In this document: positions 55,132 through 64,000 of the stretch, piece after piece
How positions within the stretch are numbered: position 1 is the stretch's first letter
Layout: each line of letters starts with the position of its first letter
Assembly (NCBI GenBank): GCA_041688825.1
Contig: JBDNHM010000027.1
Coordinates: forward strand, 13,052 to 77,051
Length of the DNA: 64,000 nt
Direction: 5' to 3'
From: Burkholderiaceae bacterium
GTDB lineage: Bacteria; Pseudomonadota; Gammaproteobacteria; Burkholderiales; Burkholderiaceae_B
Program-made: the position numbers and the translations under genes
The notes under the pieces: generated by a model
Database searches by the model: none
The model's input: only the letters and a program-made list of their open reading frames with translations
What the model was told of the DNA's origin: nothing

Positions 55132-56160
55132 TTAAACTTGGTTGGCCTTATCAACAAAAACACTTGTCCAGGTTTTAGACAAATCGATGTTGCTTTTTGC
55201 TAAATCGGGTTTAAAGGTTGTTAACACTCTTAAAGCCGTTTGTGGCCCGCCTGCAGGCATTTTTCCGTCGGGTGAAAGGCCTTCAAGCGAACGCTTTACG
55301 GACAACTTATAAACAGCTGGGTCGCCCAACAAATAAGATTCAGGCACTGCTGCTGCCACACCCTCTGGGCCAGCACGTTGAATCCATTTATCGGCACGCA
55401 CCATAGCGTTCACCAAAGCTTGCACGGTATTTGGGTTTTCTTTGATGTAGTCAATAGGTAAGTATAGGCAACCTGCAGGCATGTTGCCGCCAAAGACATC
55501 AAGCGTATCTTTCAGCGTACGCGTGTCAAGTACGATCTTGATATCGTTCGTAGACTCAAGTAATGAAATAACAGGGTCAAGGTTCGAAATGGCATCAATT
55601 TGACCTGATCGCAAAGCCGATACGGCGCCGGCACCCGCACCCACACCAATAATCGATACATCACTATTTTTTAGCCCGTGTTTAGCTAAGAAAAAATCAA
55701 GCAACATGTTGGTTGAAGAACCTGGCGCGGTGACACCAATTCTTTTGCCTTTTAAGTCTTTTGGACTTTTGTAGTCAGGCATCGTTTTGTTTGACACACC
55801 CACAACGATCATGGGGGCACGACCCTGCAACACAACAGCTTGAAAAATTTGGCCTTTTTCTTGTAAATTTATGGTGTGTTCATACGCACCCGACACCACG
55901 TCAGCGCTACCACCCACAACAGCTTGCAACGCTTTTGAACCACCAGCAAAATTTGACACTTTAATGTCAAGACCCTGCTCTTTGAAAAAACCATTTACGT
56001 TAGCAATCGCTAAGGGTAGATAATAAGTAAGCGATTCTCCACCCACGGCGATATGAACTGATTTTTTTTCTAGGCCTTGTGCACGCAAAAATGCAGGCGC
56101 CATGGCTAAGGTTCCTGTTGCTGCCACCGCTTTTAAAATGTCGCGACGATTAATGGTCAT
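55132..56160 (-). CDS. ABC transporter substrate-binding protein with twin-arginine signal
   Basis: N-terminus MTINRRDILKAVAATGTLAMAPAFLRAQG. NMT1/SsuA-like body. Confidence 0.75.
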   Translation of the reverse strand: MTINRRDILKAVAATGTLAMAPAFLRAQGLEKKSVHIAVGGESLTYYLPLAIANVNGFFKEQGLDIKVSNFAGGSKALQAVVGGSADVVSGAYEHTINLQEKGQIFQAVVLQGRAPMIVVGVSNKTMPDYKSPKDLKGKRIGVTAPGSSTNMLLDFFLAKHGLKNSDVSIIGVGAGAGAVSALRSGQIDAISNLDPVISLLESTNDIKIVLDTRTLKDTLDVFGGNMPAGCLYLPIDYIKENPNTVQALVNAMVRADKWIQRAGPEGVAAAVPESYLLGDPAVYKLSVKRSLEGLSPDGKMPAGGPQTALRVLTTFKPDLAKSNIDLSKTWTSVFVDKANQV

Positions 56161-56343
56161 AGTAGTCTCCGTTTTTTTATTATGAATTCTGGCGTTTTTT
56201 GCAGCTCAAATTTAAGCGATGCTTATTTGCAAATTCATTACATCATCATAACTTAGAGTTTTACTATACTGCACGAATATGAATTGCTATTTAGTTATAC
56301 GCTTTTAATTACGCCAATTTGTTTTAAAAAAACGTTCGATCGT

Positions 56344-57648
56344 CTAAAACCAAAACAACGATATAGAGGGAATGAAGGCAATCAGCAACACGACAATTAT
56401 CATAGCAAACACAAAAGGTAATGCCTTGACTGCAATGTGCATGACAGGTTGACCTGTTATGCCCGAAATCACAAATAGATTGAGCCCTAACGGTGGTGTA
56501 ATAAAACCAATACCTAATGCTGTAATCATAAATATACAAAAGTGAATATCATTCATACCAATTGATTGCGCAAGCGGCAACATAATCGGTGCCAAAATCA
56601 CGATATTAGGTGTTGATTCCATAAAGCAGCCCGCTATGATGAGAATACCCAACATCAAAAATATAATTGCTACGGGGTTTTCTGTAAAAGCATTAACAGT
56701 GCTCACCATGCTTTGAGGCACACCATTTATTGCTAATACTTGAGCCAGCGGCAATGCCACAGCAATAATAGGCACAATCACGCCACACACTTTTGCAGAA
56801 CCCTCGAGGGCGCTTGGAAAGTCACTTAACTTGAACGTGCCCTGGTAAAAGCCGACAAGAATTGTCGCCACAACAGCAACGGCTGCTGCCTCTGTGGGTG
56901 TAAACACACCCGAATATATGCCACCAAAAATGAGTGCGGGCACAAGAACAGCAAAGCGTCCGTCCCAAACAATTAAAAACCAATTTTTTAAACTGAAACG
57001 TTCTTTGGAGTTTTCATACCCATTTATTCTATTCATGATAGCGTTTGTAATCATGATAGAAACCATAATTAAAACACCAGGAATGGTAGCAGCCAAAAAT
57101 AATGACGATGTTGAAATGCCTAACACCATGCCAATAATAATGTACGCAATTGATGGTGGAATTAAAATGCCTGTGCAGGCGCCTGCCGCAACAAGAGCAC
57201 AAGCATAGGGCGGTGAATAACCCTGTTCAATTAATCGTGAAATAGTAATACGGCCCACGGCAGCAGCGCCTGCCGCATCAGAACCTGAAATACACGCAAA
57301 AAAACCACAACCTAAAACAGTTGATGTTCCCAAGCCAGAACGAACATTACCCATCGTGGCTGCAGCAATGTTCAAGAGCTTTATTGAAAGGCCTGTTCGA
57401 ACAAGCAAGTCACCCGTTAGCACAAATAAGGGTATGGCGATTAATGCAAATGCATCAAGGCCGTGAAAAACTGACTCGCCAATTAACGATATTGGCAGCG
57501 CACCCGTTAACCACAGCATACACAGTGCAGTCAGACCTAAAGACACCCACACAGGCACTGCCAGTGCAAATAAACCAAGCATGAGCAGCAAAGGGCCAAG
57601 AACATTCCAACCTAACTCGGCTGAGGAAAAAGCTTCAGGAATAAGCAT
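56344..57648 (-). CDS. dctM: TRAP transporter large permease
   Basis: 434-aa polytopic DctM-type protein downstream of DctQ and DctP. Confidence 0.85.
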   Translation of the reverse strand: MLIPEAFSSAELGWNVLGPLLLMLGLFALAVPVWVSLGLTALCMLWLTGALPISLIGESVFHGLDAFALIAIPLFVLTGDLLVRTGLSIKLLNIAAATMGNVRSGLGTSTVLGCGFFACISGSDAAGAAAVGRITISRLIEQGYSPPYACALVAAGACTGILIPPSIAYIIIGMVLGISTSSLFLAATIPGVLIMVSIMITNAIMNRINGYENSKERFSLKNWFLIVWDGRFAVLVPALIFGGIYSGVFTPTEAAAVAVVATILVGFYQGTFKLSDFPSALEGSAKVCGVIVPIIAVALPLAQVLAINGVPQSMVSTVNAFTENPVAIIFLMLGILIIAGCFMESTPNIVILAPIMLPLAQSIGMNDIHFCIFMITALGIGFITPPLGLNLFVISGITGQPVMHIAVKALPFVFAMIIVVLLIAFIPSISLFWF

Positions 57649-57656
57649 GGTATTTT

Positions 57657-58172
57657 CTAATCAAAAAGGCGTTTGCCAGGGCGTGGTTCTTGCCCGTTAA
57701 TAAGGGCAGTGATGTCGAGCCACATAGACTGTGAAATTCGGAATATGACCAATGCAAAACCGAATGGTATGGCAAATAGTATCCAAGACCGGCTAACACG
57801 CAGACCTTCTATGACAGAGTTGAAAGTTATGGCATTGATGAAAAATTCTATTGAAAAATAAAACACAAATACTGCAAAAATACCCATCAATAAATCACCA
57901 AACAAAAACAATGATGCACGTAATCGTTTAGGCAACATCAACAGAAACACATCTATTCTTATGTGTGCTCGGTCTCTAACCGCTGTAGCAGCAGCGATCC
58001 ACACTAAATAAATAAATGCATAACGAGCCGTTTCTTCGCCCCAAATAGATGAATAGTCGAAAATAAAACGTCGTGCTACTTCAACAAAAATAACCATGAC
58101 GATATAGGTGTAGAGCGCTAGCAACAGCCAGCGCTCTGCATTCTCATCGATTTGAGACAAAAGTTTACGCAT
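57657..58172 (-). CDS. dctQ: TRAP transporter small permease
   Basis: 171 aa with 4 TM helices, located between dctP and dctM. Confidence 0.8.
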   Translation of the reverse strand: MRKLLSQIDENAERWLLLALYTYIVMVIFVEVARRFIFDYSSIWGEETARYAFIYLVWIAAATAVRDRAHIRIDVFLLMLPKRLRASLFLFGDLLMGIFAVFVFYFSIEFFINAITFNSVIEGLRVSRSWILFAIPFGFALVIFRISQSMWLDITALINGQEPRPGKRLFD

Positions 58173-58180
58173 ATGAATTA

Positions 58181-59350
58181 TTAAACGTCATGGGCAAAGT
58201 AATTGCTGCGAGTATTTGCAGCTTCACGAAGGCGTTCAAAATTTTCTAATGAGCCCGCTAATTTAATTTTAGTCTCGTTCCACTCAGGTCTTTGTTGACC
58301 ACACGTATCAACCCATTGCTTCATTTCGGCGTCAGTTGGTACGTAAAATTGAACGCCTGCTGCAGCCATTTCAGCCATTGCAAAGGCACGTGAAGCGGGA
58401 ACTTGAGCAATGTTCTGACGAAAGGTAATATCAGATGCAAATTCAATGCCGCTTTGAACGTTGGTCGGTAGCTTACTGAACCATTCAGCATTACATGAGT
58501 AAACCTGTGAGTCGGGGACTGGCTTATTAAAGGTAACCCAAGACAGCATGTCTTTAAAGCCGTTTGAATACAAAGCAACGACTGCTGGGTCGAGTGCGTC
58601 TGCAACACCTTGCTGAATCGCTGAAGGTGTTTCACCCCATGCGATAGGGGTAGGATTGGCACCTGCCATACGGTAAAACTGTTGCAAAATTTGAGAGGCC
58701 GGCACACGAAACTTAACACCCTTTAAATCAGCGGGCGTCTTAATCGGTGCGTTAGGTAAACCTTTACGTGCCGCCACCGTTCGGGGGTCAAGCACAATGT
58801 ACATCAACACTTTAAAACCGCGGGCGCGAGCCTTTTCATTCACTGTATCTTGCCAAGCTTGTGACGTCACTAAATTGACAAATTGTTGATTTTGACCGCA
58901 CCAGTATGGAATGTTGACTAAGTCTACTTCAGGCGCAAATGCTGAAAAATTAGATACCGAATGTTGCGCAGCCTGAATCGTACCGGCCTGCACGCTTTGC
59001 GCTAAGGCACCGCCCATGCCCAACTGACCTGCTGGTGCTAAACGAACATACACATCACCATTTGTTGCATTTTGAATATTTTCTTTTAAATTCAATTGCA
59101 TCAACGGGTACCAACGTGTTGCGCCAATACGATATTCAGTTGCAATCGTCATGGTGAACTTGGCTGCTTTTTGGCGTTGCTGCTCTTCAGTCGCAGTTTG
59201 AGCAAGCGCAGACTTAGCGCCTATCGTTCCTGCGGCAGCCGCAATAACGGCAGTTGAGGCACCAAATTTAGTGGTTGCATTTAAAAACTTACGCCGCTCG
59301 CTTTGAACTTCTTGCGAATACTCTGTGGTTTTTTTAAACCAATTTTTCAT
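58181..59350 (-). CDS. dctP: TRAP transporter substrate-binding protein (long DctP type, Tat-like signal)
   Basis: N-terminal ERRKFLNATTKFGASTAVIAAAAG...ALAQ and a DctP-fold body. 389 aa. Confidence 0.8.
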   Translation of the reverse strand: MKNWFKKTTEYSQEVQSERRKFLNATTKFGASTAVIAAAAGTIGAKSALAQTATEEQQRQKAAKFTMTIATEYRIGATRWYPLMQLNLKENIQNATNGDVYVRLAPAGQLGMGGALAQSVQAGTIQAAQHSVSNFSAFAPEVDLVNIPYWCGQNQQFVNLVTSQAWQDTVNEKARARGFKVLMYIVLDPRTVAARKGLPNAPIKTPADLKGVKFRVPASQILQQFYRMAGANPTPIAWGETPSAIQQGVADALDPAVVALYSNGFKDMLSWVTFNKPVPDSQVYSCNAEWFSKLPTNVQSGIEFASDITFRQNIAQVPASRAFAMAEMAAAGVQFYVPTDAEMKQWVDTCGQQRPEWNETKIKLAGSLENFERLREAANTRSNYFAHDV

Positions 59351-59489
59351 AATTGTCTCCTCAGGATTAAAAGTAATGACTGCTGTTTTTGTTGTGCGTA
59401 AAATTTTTTATATAAACAAAAAGACTTTTTGTCATGCCATCATAAAACTATAAACATTAAAGATCGCGTAACAAAATACTTTTAGTGAC

Positions 59490-59729
59490 TCATTTTGTTT
59501 TTGATGTAGAAACTCGTTTCTCAGCCGCTAAAGCGGCAACCGTAAAACTAACTGCCGTAGTAAAAAGCATTAGAAATTCAGGCACCCGGTCTAAACTAAT
59601 GGTGTTTTGGCCAGCAAAAGAAAAAAACTTTGACAATAAAACGTTAAGCGCAAAGAAAGCAAATGAAATAATGCATATAGAAATAGCTATTTTTTCTGTA
59701 AATGAACGCTTAGTTAACTGCTGTTGCAC
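59490..59729 (-). CDS. Possible small two-TM membrane protein (hypothetical)
   Basis: GTG start preceded by a GGGGG run. Two hydrophobic helices (IAISICIISFAFFALNVLL and FLMLFTTAVSFTVAALAA). A fully antisense 93-aa ORF also exists, so coding status is uncertain. Confidence 0.3.
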   Translation of the reverse strand: MQQQLTKRSFTEKIAISICIISFAFFALNVLLSKFFSFAGQNTISLDRVPEFLMLFTTAVSFTVAALAAEKRVSTSKTK

Positions 59730-59882
59730 GCCACACCCCCAATTTATAGCCCATATTATTTTTTAAGATATTGAATATTTCGTTTCATTTTTTGCAAATT
59801 TACAGTTTAAATCTCTTAACCACTACTCAGGTTTACCCTAACAGCCACGTTCCACAAAGTTAATAAAAACATGCGTCAAAAT

Positions 59883-61646
59883 TTAAGCGTTGGGCCAAAC
59901 TAAACGTGGCCAATGAGACGGCAGGCTATTGGGGGCATGCGTGACAATAATGCTGCAACGTTTTAACAACCAAGGCTCAATACCCGTCAGTAGGTCTTGA
60001 ACCAGTTCCGGTTGCAAACCCCTAAAGGGTTCGTCTAATAAAACTAAGGCAGGGTCTTTTATAATTAATGCTGCAAGTTGCAAGCGACGCGCCTGCCCAC
60101 CCGACACGTGGCTGCCTCGAACACCCAGCATGTAATCAAGCCCCTCTTCGGTATCGTTAAGGGTTTTGTAAAGATCTACACATTGCAAAGCTGAATGTAG
60201 GGTTGCCTCGGGTACAGGGTTTAAGTTTAAATTTAAACCTAAGCTTAAAAACTGCCGAATCGTGACATTCATGAGCGAATCGCTTTGAGCTAAGAGCGTC
60301 ACTTTTTTATATCGCAACGCATCAGGTAGCTTTAACAGATCTATGTCATTAAGCCATACCCCACCCTGTTCTGCATCAAGTTCGCCCACAATCGTTTCAA
60401 GAAGACTGGTTTTGCCCGTACCGCTACGACCAGAAACCACTAAAGGCAACCCTGGCTTGAGCGTTAAGTTAAGGGGGGTTCTTTTGCCAGGTTGTCGCTG
60501 GCAAAGCAAATCAACGATTTCAACTGCGCTGAATTCGGCTTCGTCTGGGGTTGCTGGGTTTGGGACGGCTGAAATTGAAATATCTGCTGCAACCATTTCA
60601 CGCACTGACAAATCGATTAAATTTGTTGGGGTAGCCATGTTGTCGCCCGACGTAATTGATACGCCAAACCTAGCGTGTGGTGCATGTGAGTCAGCGAGAT
60701 CAAGCGACTCTAAATCCATCAAGCGTTCGGCTGCTGCTTTGGCTTCACCTATACGCCATAAGGCACCTGGCAAAGCGCCTAGCGCTTCATTTAAACCTAA
60801 CGTCATCAATGCAAGCAGAGCAATAATAGGTGGCTCAAACACAGGCCATGCAATGGCAATCACAACGATGGTCGCTAATGCCGTAATGGCTTGAACACCG
60901 TGCTCACCCAAACTGGCCATTTGTTCTTGCGCAAAAAACCGCTGTGTTTGTTGCAGGTCAAGTTGCGCTAACTGTTGCGCACTCTCATGGTGTTTTTCGT
61001 TTGAAATCAATTCAGCCAAACCGCCTAGGTGATCAATCAAGGCGATCTTTTGTGCAGCCCGCGCATGAATCAATGCAGCACCTCTTTTTTGCCCTTGTTT
61101 AGCAAGCACAAATGAAACGATTAAAACAATTAAACCGCTTGCACCAATTGTGAATGCAATCAAGGCATGACCCCACACCGCACCTGCCCACAAACTTCCT
61201 GCCAGTGTCATGAGCGCGGCAAACATGGGGCCCAGAACACGAAGTGGAATGCCGTCAAGGGTTTCCACATCAACCATCAGTCGTTGAATCAAATCGCTTA
61301 GGCGTCGGTTATCAATTAAACGCGCTGGCCTAAAAGCAACCGCATTAAACGCTCGCACACGCAAATCTTTCAGTACACGCAGAATCGCTTCATGACCGAT
61401 TACCCTTTCAGCATAACGACCTGCTGTGCGCACAATCGCCAAACCACGAATCAAGGTTGAGGGCGCAAAAATATTCAGGTTGGTAATGAACCCTAAACCA
61501 GCTAATGCACACGCCGCAATAAACCAACCTGAGGTGGCAAGCAATGCCACGCCCGCTAGCCATGTCAAACCTAAACAAAAAAAACTTAATAAAAGCCAAC
61601 GGGCACGCTGGCTGTATAACTTGAAAAGGTAAGCCCAAACTTTCAT
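59883..61646 (-). CDS. cydC: Cysteine/glutathione ABC exporter subunit CydC
   Basis: 6-TM domain plus an NBD (GRSGTGKTS, VSGGQARRL, LVLLDEP). ATGA-type 4-nt overlap with cydD. Confidence 0.8.
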   Translation of the reverse strand: MKVWAYLFKLYSQRARWLLLSFFCLGLTWLAGVALLATSGWFIAACALAGLGFITNLNIFAPSTLIRGLAIVRTAGRYAERVIGHEAILRVLKDLRVRAFNAVAFRPARLIDNRRLSDLIQRLMVDVETLDGIPLRVLGPMFAALMTLAGSLWAGAVWGHALIAFTIGASGLIVLIVSFVLAKQGQKRGAALIHARAAQKIALIDHLGGLAELISNEKHHESAQQLAQLDLQQTQRFFAQEQMASLGEHGVQAITALATIVVIAIAWPVFEPPIIALLALMTLGLNEALGALPGALWRIGEAKAAAERLMDLESLDLADSHAPHARFGVSITSGDNMATPTNLIDLSVREMVAADISISAVPNPATPDEAEFSAVEIVDLLCQRQPGKRTPLNLTLKPGLPLVVSGRSGTGKTSLLETIVGELDAEQGGVWLNDIDLLKLPDALRYKKVTLLAQSDSLMNVTIRQFLSLGLNLNLNPVPEATLHSALQCVDLYKTLNDTEEGLDYMLGVRGSHVSGGQARRLQLAALIIKDPALVLLDEPFRGLQPELVQDLLTGIEPWLLKRCSIIVTHAPNSLPSHWPRLVWPNA

Positions 61647-63361
61647 GCCATGAGCCCTTGGCTATCGTTGCGAAATAATTTACCTTGGTGAATGCTATAA
61701 ACCTGATCGCAGCGCGCAAGCAAAGCTTGGTCATGACTGGCAACAATAACAGTCACTTGATCTCGTTTCGCACGACTTAATAAAGTGTCTAACAATTGAT
61801 CACGGGTTTGCTCGTCAAGGGCTGCCGTGGGTTCGTCAAGTAACCACAGCGTAGACTGATTGAGTAGCGCACGGGCCAAGGCAATACGTTGTGCTTGACC
61901 GCCTGATACGCCCCGATTTAAATCACCAATAGCCGTATCAAGACCAACAACCAAGGTTGCATCGGGTAGAGCAATACCAGCGTCAGCCAGCGCTTCAATG
62001 AGCTGTTGATCTGTTGGAATAGGTTGACACGCCATGAGCAAATTGTCACGAAGTGAGCAATGAAATAAATAGGGGCGTTGATTTAACCATGACCAATGTT
62101 CAGTGCGCTGCACTGAACCCTGCGACGGCTCAAGAAAGCCTGCAATCAAACCTAGTAAGGTTGATTTACCCACACCGCTATCACCTGAAATACCAATCAC
62201 TTGACCCCGTTCAAAACTGATTGAAACATCGTCAAGTATGGCCTTATTGTTTGTCCCATCGTATTGAAATGAAATGTGCTTAAGCGTTACGGTACTGTCT
62301 TGTTCCACATCGTATGTTGTTAATTTTTGATTTGATGTCTGTTCTAACAATAGGGGTGCAAGCGTTTGCGCTGCAGCCTTTGCTGCGGTCATATCATGGT
62401 GGGCTTGGGCCAATTGACGTAAGGGCAAAAAACATTCAGGGGCTAACATCAGTAAAAATAACCCCGAAAACAAAGTGAGTGCTGCTGCAGGGCCAAAAGT
62501 TAAAAAACCCACCAAAGAAAAACCGATGTAAATCGCCATTAAACCAATTGACATCGCACTCACCAACTCAAGCGTTGCAGACGATAAAAATACCACCCGT
62601 AACACACGCATTGACACACTGCGATACGATTCAGCGGCCTGCTCAACACTTTCAGATGATGCCTCTAATGCACCTTGACGACGTAACCACGGCAATGCCT
62701 CGAGTCGATCTAGAAGTTGACTGGCAAGCGAGGCTTGCTGATCTTGCTGCGTTTTTTGAATAGCTTCGGCCCCCCAGCCAATTAACATCATAAAAAATGG
62801 AATAAGCGGTGTGGCCAACAACAATAGCAAACCCGCTACCCAATCAACCCCTAGACTGATCACAATGATCATCAAGGGCACAATCAGTGCCGTCATACGC
62901 GCGGGCAAATATTTTGCAAAATAACCATGCATAGCGTCAACCTGCTCAATATGGCGTTGCGCCCACCAAGCGGTATTACCTTGCGCTTGAAGCTTAAACG
63001 GCCCAGAAGTATTGGCTTGTATAAGCAATTGTTGTCGTAGGCGCTGACGCAACCGCGCCGACACACCTTGCCCCAAACGATCACGGTACAGATGCGCCAG
63101 AAATCGCAAAGCAATGGCTGCCACGGCAGCAAACCAGAGCCAAGTAGCAGGCGTTTGATGCGTAATGGCCAAGCTAATTAATTGAGCCACCGAAGCTGAA
63201 AACCCAATAAGCCCCAAAGCACCCAAAAATGACGCCACCGCTACCTTTTTTAAATCGGGAGCAGCATCAGCTTCAAGCTGACGAAGAAAAACAGCCGGCG
63301 CATTGTCAGCTACCGGCTGTGGTAAATCTTGAGGGAGTAACGAAGAATCAGTTGTTGCCAT
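61643..63361 (-). CDS. cydD: Cysteine/glutathione ABC exporter subunit CydD
   Basis: The block IEQVDAMHGYFAKYLPARM...ATPLIPFFMMLIGWGA aligns by eye with E. coli CydD. NBD motifs GDSGVGKST, VSGGQAQRI and LWLLDEP. Confidence 0.8.
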   Translation of the reverse strand: MATTDSSLLPQDLPQPVADNAPAVFLRQLEADAAPDLKKVAVASFLGALGLIGFSASVAQLISLAITHQTPATWLWFAAVAAIALRFLAHLYRDRLGQGVSARLRQRLRQQLLIQANTSGPFKLQAQGNTAWWAQRHIEQVDAMHGYFAKYLPARMTALIVPLMIIVISLGVDWVAGLLLLLATPLIPFFMMLIGWGAEAIQKTQQDQQASLASQLLDRLEALPWLRRQGALEASSESVEQAAESYRSVSMRVLRVVFLSSATLELVSAMSIGLMAIYIGFSLVGFLTFGPAAALTLFSGLFLLMLAPECFLPLRQLAQAHHDMTAAKAAAQTLAPLLLEQTSNQKLTTYDVEQDSTVTLKHISFQYDGTNNKAILDDVSISFERGQVIGISGDSGVGKSTLLGLIAGFLEPSQGSVQRTEHWSWLNQRPYLFHCSLRDNLLMACQPIPTDQQLIEALADAGIALPDATLVVGLDTAIGDLNRGVSGGQAQRIALARALLNQSTLWLLDEPTAALDEQTRDQLLDTLLSRAKRDQVTVIVASHDQALLARCDQVYSIHQGKLFRNDSQGLMA

Positions 63362-63500
63362 CTATAAGAGCGCAAACCTACGTAGAACAGAACAATTCAC
63401 AGTATAGTGCCTCAAAAAACAAGATTTTTGAGGAAAGTTGACAGGACTATGTGCTTATGAAGCGCAGCTTATTGAAAATCGTATGAACAATCGCCTTAGG

Positions 63501-63529
63501 CGGTTCACGGTTCACGGTTCACGGTTCAC
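63501..63529. repeat. Heptanucleotide tandem repeat (GGTTCAC) x4
   Basis: CGGTTCA is repeated 4 times. On the coding strand (TGAACCG)n supplies the last three codons (GEP) and the TGA stop of the cytosine deaminase, then continues into the 3' UTR. Confidence 0.9.
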
Positions 63530-63965
63530 CAATATCTTCATTCCAAAGCTTAGGTTTAGCGGCAATAAAATGGTTCATTAAATCAATACAGGTTTGGTCT
63601 TGTAGAACCTCAACCTGAACGCCACGCGCTTTTAATAGCGCTTCATCACCCATAAAAGTTTTATTTTCCCCCACAACTACTTTAGGAATGCCATACAGCA
63701 TGATGGCCCCACTACACATTGAACACGGCGATAAGGTTGTGTAGATCACAGACGCTTTATAAACCGACGCAGGCTGGCGACCTGCATTTTCCAGTGCACT
63801 CATTTCGCCATGCAAAATAACACTGCCATCTTGTACACGACGATTATGCCCCCGCCCAATAATTTTACCGTCATGCACTAAAACTGAACCAATTGGTATG
63901 CCGCCGGTTTCGAGGCCTAACTTGGCTTCATCAATAGCAGCCTGCATAAAGACGTTCATCAGCAT
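63519..63965 (-). CDS. CDA-fold cytosine deaminase (yeast FCY1 type)
   Basis: HGEMSALENAG and LSPCSMCSGAIMLYGIPKVVVGEN zinc motifs. The whole-length by-eye alignment to S. cerevisiae Fcy1 extends to the C-terminal ...WNEDIGE. Confidence 0.75.
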   Translation of the reverse strand: MLMNVFMQAAIDEAKLGLETGGIPIGSVLVHDGKIIGRGHNRRVQDGSVILHGEMSALENAGRQPASVYKASVIYTTLSPCSMCSGAIMLYGIPKVVVGENKTFMGDEALLKARGVQVEVLQDQTCIDLMNHFIAAKPKLWNEDIGEP

Positions 63966-64000
63966 TCCTAAATTAAAAAAAGGGCCGACTAGAACCCCAT

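Noticed and set aside
1-64000. I looked for mobile elements, CRISPR arrays, tRNA/rRNA genes, toxin-antitoxin pairs and known phage-defence gene signatures.
   Set aside because: By eye I found no transposase, integrase or recombinase-like ORF. I also found no long direct-repeat/spacer array, no tRNA-like cloverleaf in the intergenic regions and no nuclease/helicase/methylase defence-type cluster. The absence is based on manual reading only and should be confirmed with tRNAscan-SE, Infernal, ISEScan and DefenseFinder-type tools.

Overview
This 64-kb segment looks chromosomal. By eye I found no rRNA, tRNA, CRISPR array, transposase or integrase. Gene content and synteny suggest a moderate-GC beta-proteobacterium of Burkholderiales type: glyS-gmhB-plsC-ygjP-gloA, and rsmA-surA-lptD divergent from amgK-murU. 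The organism call is inference only.

Layout:
- 0-11.9 kb: housekeeping and envelope genes.
- 12.0-16.7 kb: a translationally coupled four-gene envelope-glycolipid remodelling operon (ArnT-like GT39, flippase-like membrane protein, GT9, PAP2 phosphatase).
- 16.7-26 kb: FAD oxidoreductase, a two-component RND efflux pair, a DsbA-like protein, an orphan RfaH, an MFS transporter and a split YeeE/YedE pair.
- 26-33 kb: a urate-to-allantoate catabolic locus. It holds GntR, PuuE, a UraD-AllC fusion, an ArgE/DapE-type M20 hydrolase and a truncated NCS2 permease remnant, divergent from uraH-puuD.
- 33-42 kb: a GntR-controlled nine-gene operon that I cannot assign to any named pathway. This is my top candidate for an undescribed system, possibly N-heterocycle or ureide catabolism. 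It encodes a GatC-like small ORF plus an amidase-signature amidase, a family III CoA-transferase, a crotonase lacking both hydratase glutamates, an NMT1-type ABC importer, a second PuuE-like hydrolase and an atypical SDR.
- 42-44.5 kb: ogt, a DUF3025-like gene behind a heptamer repeat, and a Met/Gly-rich membrane protein.
- 44.7-52.6 kb: a form I aerobic CO dehydrogenase cluster (coxMSL, an intrinsic terminator, then coxG-coxD-coxE and a MocA-like gene).
- 52.6-64 kb: a 2OG-oxygenase-like gene, a second NitT/TauT-type ABC system, a TRAP transporter, cydDC and an FCY1-type cytosine deaminase.

Non-coding signals include three short tandem-repeat arrays, several perfect palindromes in divergent promoter regions, and strong hairpins. 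All functional calls rest on motif recognition and recalled family knowledge. No database search was run.
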